Assembly: GCF_055395405.1 (NCBI RefSeq)
Contig: NZ_AP038243.1
Length of the DNA stretch: 24,000 nucleotides
Reading direction: 5' to 3' (one strand)
The notes below the pieces were generated by a model. That model was not told the DNA's origin. It was given only the letters and a program-made list of their open reading frames with translations, and did not search any database. Made by a program: the position numbers and the translations under genes. This document shows positions 17,921 to 24,000 of this stretch, in pieces (the stretch's first letter is position 1; the number at the start of each line of letters is the position of its first letter).

Positions 17921-17952
17921 AGGATACACTCTGGAGTCGACTCCAGAGTCAA
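17921..17952 (-). promoter_or_regulatory. zntA promoter with ZntR (MerR-type) operator
   Basis: Reverse strand TTGACT (-35) - 20-bp spacer - TATCCT (-10), overlapped by perfect 22-bp palindrome actctggagtcgactccagagt (17928-17949). The long spacer is the MerR-family hallmark. Confidence 0.93.
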
Positions 17953-17958
17953 GTTTTA

Positions 17959-18585
17959 TCAGAGATACAGCGAGCGGACGATGAGGAAGTGACCAGCAAA
18001 GTAGCAGGCCGCAGCAATCGCGTTGTCCGCACGGAAGCGTCGGCGATAGTGACTACCCAGCCAGACAAAGTTACTGATAAACAGTAACGAAGCGCCGACA
18101 AACGCAGAGAGTGCCGGAGCGGTCGGACGGAAGAACCACAGTTCACCTGCCAGCCACACCATCACCAGCGTCATGCCGATAAACGTGCAGATAGGCCAAC
18201 GATACTCTTCCAGACGCGTCCAGATAATCGCCAGTAACAGCGCGCCCAGAACCAACAGCACCAACGGCAGAGGCCAGAAGAAGGAGAGCGTCATCTGACT
18301 GGCGAAATAGATGGTGTACAGCAGGTGCGAGAGGAAAAACGCGCCGATGGCGTACATCAGACGTTGACGTGGCAACAGGGTTAGCGCATCGCCCAGCAGT
18401 GAGGCACACAGCCCCGCCAGCACCAGATAGCTAATGGCGTCGAACATCGGCGCTTGCCAGGCCAGCAACAGCAGGAGAAGAAGGGTTAACGGTTTAAACA
18501 CCCAGCGTTGCCAGGTTGGCCCACGATACGATGCATCCACAGATAGCCATGCGGAAAGACAGACAGCGATAAACGACCAAAGCAT
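17959..18585 (-). CDS. yhhN: YhhN-family (lysoplasmalogenase-like) membrane protein
   Basis: 208 aa, multi-span membrane protein recognised as YhhN; expected synteny next to zntA. Confidence 0.93.
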
Positions 18586-18725
18586 CTTAGTTCCTTGAAT
18601 TCGTTATTTTTTCGTAAGCGGAATGCCTACGGTCTTGCTTCCAGTTTAGTGGCGAGGGTGGACGGATGACAACACCATAACTGGCAGGGTATGCTTATTT
18701 CCGCATTTTCCGATGAGGGATAAAG

Positions 18726-19085
18726 ATGAGTAAACCACCTCTTTTCTTTATTGTTATCATTGGCTTAATCATCGTCGCCGCATCGTTTCGTTTTATGCAA
18801 CAACGACGGGAAAAAGCTGATAATGATATGGCACCGCTCCAGCAAAAGCTGGTGGTGGTGAGCAACAAGCGGGAAAAACCGATTAACGATCGCCGTTCGC
18901 GCCAGCAGGAAGTGACTCCGGCAGGCACCAGTATGCGCTATGAGGCAAGCTTCAAACCGCAAAGCGGAGGAATGGAGCAGACGTTTCGCCTCGACGCCCA
19001 GCAGTACCACGCCCTGACAGTGGGCGATAAAGGTACGCTGAGCTATAAAGGAACGCGCTTTGTCAGCTTTGTAGGCGAACAATAA
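18726..19085 (+). CDS. yhhM: DUF2500 family protein YhhM
   Basis: 119 aa MSKPPLFFIVIIGLIIVAASFRFMQQRREKADND...; syntenic position. Confidence 0.93.
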   Translation: MSKPPLFFIVIIGLIIVAASFRFMQQRREKADNDMAPLQQKLVVVSNKREKPINDRRSRQQEVTPAGTSMRYEASFKPQSGGMEQTFRLDAQQYHALTVGDKGTLSYKGTRFVSFVGEQ

Positions 19086-19087
19086 GG

Positions 19088-19357
19088 TTATTTTTTAACT
19101 TTAAATTTCTTCTGCCAGACCAGCAGTTCAAACACGCCGAAAAGGAAAATCCGCACCTTTTCGGCGGTGGTCATCTGCGGGCCATCTTTCGGCAAAGTGG
19201 ATTTCAATAGCGCCAGCTGCATACCATGCATCAGCACGGTAAAAATCAGCGCCACGTTAACAAAAATATTCAGCGGACGCGGGAAGGGATGCACCAGGTT
19301 GAGGATTAAAAATCCCCAAACGCAGAGCATTAACAAACGTCCAATATTAATCAACAT
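19088..19357 (-). CDS. yhhL: DUF1145 family membrane protein YhhL
   Basis: Start chosen at MLINIGRLLMLCVWGFLILNL (19357), 89 aa; the longer ORF to 19480 overlaps rsmD coding sequence. Confidence 0.9.
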   Translation of the reverse strand: MLINIGRLLMLCVWGFLILNLVHPFPRPLNIFVNVALIFTVLMHGMQLALLKSTLPKDGPQMTTAEKVRIFLFGVFELLVWQKKFKVKK

Positions 19358-19943
19358 CACTTTCTCCTTGTGCTTCGCGTTGATACAGCCGATAAGCCAC
19401 CTGACCCGCCACTTTTTCCCGATGTAATGACCAGTTCGCCGGAACAGTGGGCAGACCGTTTTCGACTTCGCTTTCGACATAAATCAGGGCTTCGTCAGCC
19501 AGCCAGCCGTTATCTTCCAGTAAATTTATCGTCTCTTCTAACAATCCACGGCGGAACGGTGGATCGACAAACACGATATTATGCGGTGTGCCTTTTTGCG
19601 CCAGGAATGACATCGCGTTGCTGTTCACCACGCGTGCATTGCCTGCTTTTAGTGTCGCCAGATTCTTAATTAACTGCTGAGAAACCGCACGATCCATCTC
19701 AATCAACGTGGCCCCCGCAGCGTAGCGCGATAACGCTTCCAGCCCCAGCGCGCCGCTTCCGGCGAAGCAATCCAGACATTGGGCGTCAACAATGACCGGA
19801 GCCAGCCAGTTAAACAACGTTTCGCGTACGCGGTCGGTGGTGGGGCGCAGACCTGGGCTATCAGGAACCGGGAGTTTACGGCCTCGCCACTGCCCGCCAA
19901 TAATGCGGATTTGGCCGCTGCCGGAATGATTCGGTTTTTTCAT
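19347..19943 (-). CDS. rsmD: 16S rRNA m2G966 methyltransferase
   Basis: 198 aa: IRIIGGQWRGRKLPVPDSPGLRPTTDRVRETLFNWL, LDCFAGSGALGLEALSRYA, FVDPPF. Confidence 0.96.
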   Translation of the reverse strand: MKKPNHSGSGQIRIIGGQWRGRKLPVPDSPGLRPTTDRVRETLFNWLAPVIVDAQCLDCFAGSGALGLEALSRYAAGATLIEMDRAVSQQLIKNLATLKAGNARVVNSNAMSFLAQKGTPHNIVFVDPPFRRGLLEETINLLEDNGWLADEALIYVESEVENGLPTVPANWSLHREKVAGQVAYRLYQREAQGESDVD

Positions 19944-20092
19944 GATAAATTGCTCAATCCGCCAGATAACACATACTTGCAGGCGGTGATGTGAATTAAG
20001 TTAAGTGATAGACTATTTCATCATTTTTTTAGCTGCTATGTACATAGCGTTAACGCTGTGCCATGAAGCAACAGCGAGGAGTGTAGTCGCAA

Positions 20093-21580
20093 ATGGCGAA
20101 AGAAAAAAAACGTGGCTTTTTTTCCTGGCTGGGCTTTGGTCAAAAAGAGCAGACCCCGGAAAAAGAGACAGAAGTTCAGAATGAACAACCAGTTGTAGAA
20201 GAAATCGTTCAGGCGCAAGAGCCTGTGAAGGCTTCTGAACAAGCCGTTGAAGAGCAGCCGCAGGCGCATACTGAAGCCGAGGCGGAAACTTTTGCTGCCG
20301 ACGTTGTGGAAGTTACTGAACAGGTTGCTGAAAGTGAAAAAGCGCAGCCTGAAGCGGAAGTCGTTGCACAGCCGGAACTGGTCGCAGAAGAAACGCCGGA
20401 GCCAGTGGCTATCGAGCGTGAAGAACTGCCGTTGCCGGAAGACGTCAACGCCGAAGAGGTTTCGCCAGAAGAGTGGCAGGCCGAAGCGGAAACCGTAGAG
20501 ATTGTCGAAGCGGCGGAAGAAGAAGCGGCTAAAGAAGAAATCACCGACGAAGAGCTGGAAGCACAGGCGCTGGCTGCCGAAGAGGCGGTGATAGTGGTTC
20601 CTCCGGCAGAAGAAGAGCAGCCGGTGGAAGAAATCGCTCAGGAGCAGGAAAAACCGACCAAAGAAGGTTTCTTCGCGCGCCTGAAACGCAGCCTGTTAAA
20701 AACCAAAGAAAATCTCGGTTCCGGATTTATCAGCCTGTTCCGCGGTAAAAAAATCGACGATGATCTGTTTGAAGAGCTGGAAGAACAGCTGTTGATCGCC
20801 GATGTGGGCGTGGAAACCACACGTAAAATTATCACCAATCTGACAGAAGGCGCATCCCGCAAGCAGCTTCGTGATGCCGAGGCGCTCTATGGCCTGCTGA
20901 AAGAAGAGATGGGCGAGATTCTGGCGAAAGTCGATGAGCCGCTGAATGTTGAAGGTAAAACGCCGTTCGTGATCCTGATGGTGGGCGTCAACGGTGTGGG
21001 TAAAACCACGACGATTGGTAAGCTGGCACGTCAGTTTGAGCAGCAGGGTAAATCGGTGATGCTGGCGGCGGGCGATACTTTCCGTGCAGCAGCGGTTGAA
21101 CAGCTTCAGGTCTGGGGTCAGCGCAACAATATTCCGGTGATTGCCCAGCATACCGGTGCGGATTCCGCTTCTGTTATCTTCGATGCCATTCAGGCCGCTA
21201 AAGCGCGTAACATCGACGTCCTGATTGCCGATACCGCCGGACGCCTGCAGAACAAATCGCACCTGATGGAAGAGTTGAAGAAAATCGTCCGCGTGATGAA
21301 GAAACTCGACGTTGAAGCTCCGCATGAAGTTATGCTGACCATCGATGCCAGCACCGGGCAGAATGCGGTAAGCCAGGCCAAACTGTTCCACGAAGCCGTT
21401 GGCTTAACCGGCATCACGCTAACGAAACTGGACGGCACGGCGAAAGGCGGGGTAATTTTCTCGGTGGCTGACCAGTTTGGTATCCCTATCCGCTACATTG
21501 GTGTCGGCGAACGTATTGAGGATTTGCGTCCGTTTAAGGCGGACGACTTTATAGAGGCACTTTTTGCCCGAGAGGATTAA
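20093..21580 (+). CDS. ftsY: Signal recognition particle receptor FtsY
   Basis: 495 aa; acidic N-terminal domain then NG GTPase (GVNGVGKTTTIGKLA, DTFRAAAVEQL, DTAGRLQNKSHLMEEL, TKLDGTAKGG). Confidence 0.99.
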   Translation: MAKEKKRGFFSWLGFGQKEQTPEKETEVQNEQPVVEEIVQAQEPVKASEQAVEEQPQAHTEAEAETFAADVVEVTEQVAESEKAQPEAEVVAQPELVAEETPEPVAIEREELPLPEDVNAEEVSPEEWQAEAETVEIVEAAEEEAAKEEITDEELEAQALAAEEAVIVVPPAEEEQPVEEIAQEQEKPTKEGFFARLKRSLLKTKENLGSGFISLFRGKKIDDDLFEELEEQLLIADVGVETTRKIITNLTEGASRKQLRDAEALYGLLKEEMGEILAKVDEPLNVEGKTPFVILMVGVNGVGKTTTIGKLARQFEQQGKSVMLAAGDTFRAAAVEQLQVWGQRNNIPVIAQHTGADSASVIFDAIQAAKARNIDVLIADTAGRLQNKSHLMEELKKIVRVMKKLDVEAPHEVMLTIDASTGQNAVSQAKLFHEAVGLTGITLTKLDGTAKGGVIFSVADQFGIPIRYIGVGERIEDLRPFKADDFIEALFARED

Positions 21581-21582
21581 CA

Positions 21583-22251
21583 ATGATTCGCTTTGAACAT
21601 GTCAGCAAGGCTTATCTCGGTGGGAGACAGGCGCTGCAGGGCGTTACGTTCCATATGCAGCCGGGTGAGATGGCGTTTCTGACCGGTCATTCCGGCGCAG
21701 GGAAAAGTACCCTCCTGAAGCTGATCTGTGGGATTGAGCGGCCCAGCGCCGGGAAAATCTGGTTTAGCGGCCATGACATCACGCGTCTGAAAAACCGTGA
21801 AGTTCCGTTTCTGCGCCGCCAGATTGGCATGATTTTCCAGGATCACCATCTACTGATGGACCGTACTGTCTATGATAACGTGGCGATCCCGCTGATTATC
21901 GCCGGTGCCAGCGGTGATGACATTCGTCGCCGGGTGTCGGCGGCGCTGGATAAAGTCGGGCTACTGGACAAAGCGAAGAACTTCCCTATTCAGCTTTCCG
22001 GCGGTGAACAACAGCGTGTTGGCATTGCCCGCGCGGTGGTGAACAAGCCCGCGGTACTGCTGGCGGACGAACCGACTGGTAACCTGGACGACGCGCTGTC
22101 GGAAGGCATTTTACGTCTGTTTGAAGAGTTTAACCGCGTTGGGGTAACCGTATTGATGGCAACGCACGACATCAACCTGATCTCGCGGCGTTCCTATCGC
22201 ATGCTCACCCTGAGCGATGGTCACTTGCATGGAGGCGTGGGCCATGAATAA
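21583..22251 (+). CDS. ftsE: Cell division ATP-binding protein FtsE
   Basis: 222 aa ABC ATPase: [34 protein letters not shown]. Confidence 0.99.
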
Positions 22252-23302
22252 GCGCGATGCAATCAATCATATTCGGCAGTTTGGCGGGCGTCTGGATCGC
22301 TTCCGTAAATCGGTCGGCGGCTCTGGCGACGGCGGTCGTAACGCGCCAAAACGGGCGAAATCCTCGCCAAAACCGGTAAATCGCAAAACCAACGTTTTCA
22401 ACGAACAGGTGCGCTATGCCTTCCACGGCGCATTGCAGGATCTGAAAAGCAAACCGTTCGCCACGTTTTTAACGGTGATGGTTATCGCCATCTCCCTGAC
22501 GCTGCCCAGCGTCTGTTATATGGTGTACAAAAACGTTAACCAGGCGGCGACGCAATATTATCCGTCACCGCAAATCACTGTTTATCTGCAAAAAACGCTG
22601 GACGATGACGCCGCTGCGGGCGTGGTGGCACAGTTGCAGGCCGAGCAAGGCGTGGAGAAAGTGAATTATCTTTCTCGTGAAGACGCACTGGGCGAGTTCC
22701 GTAACTGGTCTGGTTTTGGTGGTGCGCTGGATATGCTGGAAGAAAACCCGCTTCCGGCAGTGGCGGTGGTGATCCCGAAACTCGATTTTCAGGGGACGGA
22801 ATCACTGAATACGCTGCGTGATCGTATCACCCAGATCAATGGCATTGACGAAGTGCGGATGGATGACAGCTGGTTTGCCCGTCTGGCGGCGTTAACCGGG
22901 CTGGTCGGGCGCGTTTCCGCGATGATCGGCGTGTTGATGGTGGCAGCAGTGTTCCTCGTCATCGGTAACAGTGTGCGCCTGAGTATCTTTGCTCGCCGTG
23001 ACTCCATTAACGTGCAGAAACTGATTGGTGCGACGGATGGTTTCATCCTGCGCCCGTTCCTGTACGGAGGCGCATTGCTGGGATTTTCTGGCGCATTGTT
23101 GTCACTAATTTTGTCAGAAATTCTGGTACTGCGTTTGTCATCGGCGGTTGCGGAAGTGGCACAGGTTTTCGGAACAAAGTTTGATATCAATGGCTTATCG
23201 TTCGATGAATGCCTGCTATTGCTGCTGGTATGCTCGATGATTGGCTGGGTGGCAGCGTGGCTTGCCACGGTACAACATTTACGCCACTTTACGCCTGAAT
23301 AA
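22244..23302 (+). CDS. ftsX: Cell division protein FtsX
   Basis: Start chosen at ATG 22244 ([26 protein letters not shown]), overlapping the ftsE end; ORF to 23302 with four-TM FtsX architecture. Confidence 0.98.
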
Positions 23303-23546
23303 TAAAAGCGTGTTATACTCTTTCCCTGCAATGGGTTCCGTAGCAGGGAAAGAGACCCCGTTGTCTCTTCCCGGTATTTCATCTCTATGTCACATTTTGT
23401 GCGTAATTTATTCACAGCGTTGCATTGAACTTGTGGATAAAATCACTGTCTGATAAAACAGTGAATGATAACCTCGTTGCTCTTAAGCTCTGGCACAGTT
23501 GTTGCTACCACTGAAGCGCCAGAAGATATCGATTGAGAGGATTTGA

Positions 23547-24000
23547 ATGACTGACAAAATGCAAAGTTTAGCTTTAGCCCCAGTTGGCAACCTGGATTCC
23601 TACATCCGGGCAGCTAACGCGTGGCCGATGTTGTCGGCTGACGAGGAGCGGGCGCTGGCTGAAAAGCTGCATTACCATGGCGATCTGGAAGCAGCTAAAA
23701 CGCTGATCCTGTCTCACCTGCGGTTTGTTGTTCATATTGCTCGTAATTATGCGGGCTATGGCCTGCCACAGGCGGATTTGATTCAGGAAGGTAACATCGG
23801 CCTGATGAAAGCAGTGCGCCGTTTTAACCCGGAAGTGGGTGTGCGCCTGGTCTCCTTCGCCGTTCACTGGATCAAAGCAGAGATCCACGAATACGTCCTG
23901 CGTAACTGGCGTATCGTCAAAGTTGCGACCACCAAAGCGCAACGCAAACTGTTCTTCAACCTGCGTAAAACTAAGCAGCGTCTGGGCTGGTTTAACCAGG
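23547..24000 (+). CDS. rpoH: RNA polymerase sigma-32 factor RpoH, 5' part (runs off the window)
   Basis: [141 protein letters not shown]. Confidence 0.99.
   Translation, partial: MTDKMQSLALAPVGNLDSYIRAANAWPMLSADEERALAEKLHYHGDLEAAKTLILSHLRFVVHIARNYAGYGLPQADLIQEGNIGLMKAVRRFNPEVGVRLVSFAVHWIKAEIHEYVLRNWRIVKVATTKAQRKLFFNLRKTKQRLGWFNQ

Noticed and set aside
17928-17949. Perfect 22-bp palindrome upstream of zntA as a novel element
   Set aside because: Explained by the known ZntR operator within the 20-bp-spacer promoter.
19088-19480. 130-aa version of the yhhL ORF
   Set aside because: The N-terminal extension overlaps rsmD coding sequence; the internal ATG at 19357 gives the expected 89-aa YhhL.
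20209-20544. 111-aa - strand ORF opposite the ftsY acidic domain (also 20247-20498, 20696-21391)
   Set aside because: Ser/Ala-rich antisense product caused by biased Glu/Ala codons in FtsY; not a gene.

Overview
This is an Escherichia/Shigella-type chromosome window. About 15.5 kb of mosaic accessory DNA joins a conserved core segment. The core (15687-24000) reads zntA(-), yhhN(-), yhhM(+), yhhL(-), rsmD(-), ftsY-ftsE-ftsX(+) and the start of rpoH(+). The accessory part ends at a P4-type tyrosine integrase gene (14274-15467, -) directly beside the 3' end of zntA. In K-12 the neighbour there is tusA, so this looks like the integrase-proximal end of an island whose other end lies beyond position 1. 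Readable accessory content: a PapX-like MarR-family gene with a homopolymer frameshift; decayed IS3, IS66, IS630 and ISAs1 transposase pieces; an IS66-family element with damaged tnpC; an apparently orphan sitA that keeps MntR-like and Fur-like sites while sitB is only a short broken remnant; a DoxX-family protein; a thioredoxin-fold-like small protein; a BON-domain lipoprotein; a small exported protein; a Hek/Hra1/Tia-like outer-membrane protein; an AT-rich small-protein / zinc-ribbon / EcsC-like cluster with a truncated zinc-ribbon paralog; and a TPR-like protein. The best candidate for an undescribed module is the 10.3-11.8 kb cluster, but its function is inference only. No CRISPR array, tRNA or rRNA gene was recognised. 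All family assignments come from sequence recognition without database searches.
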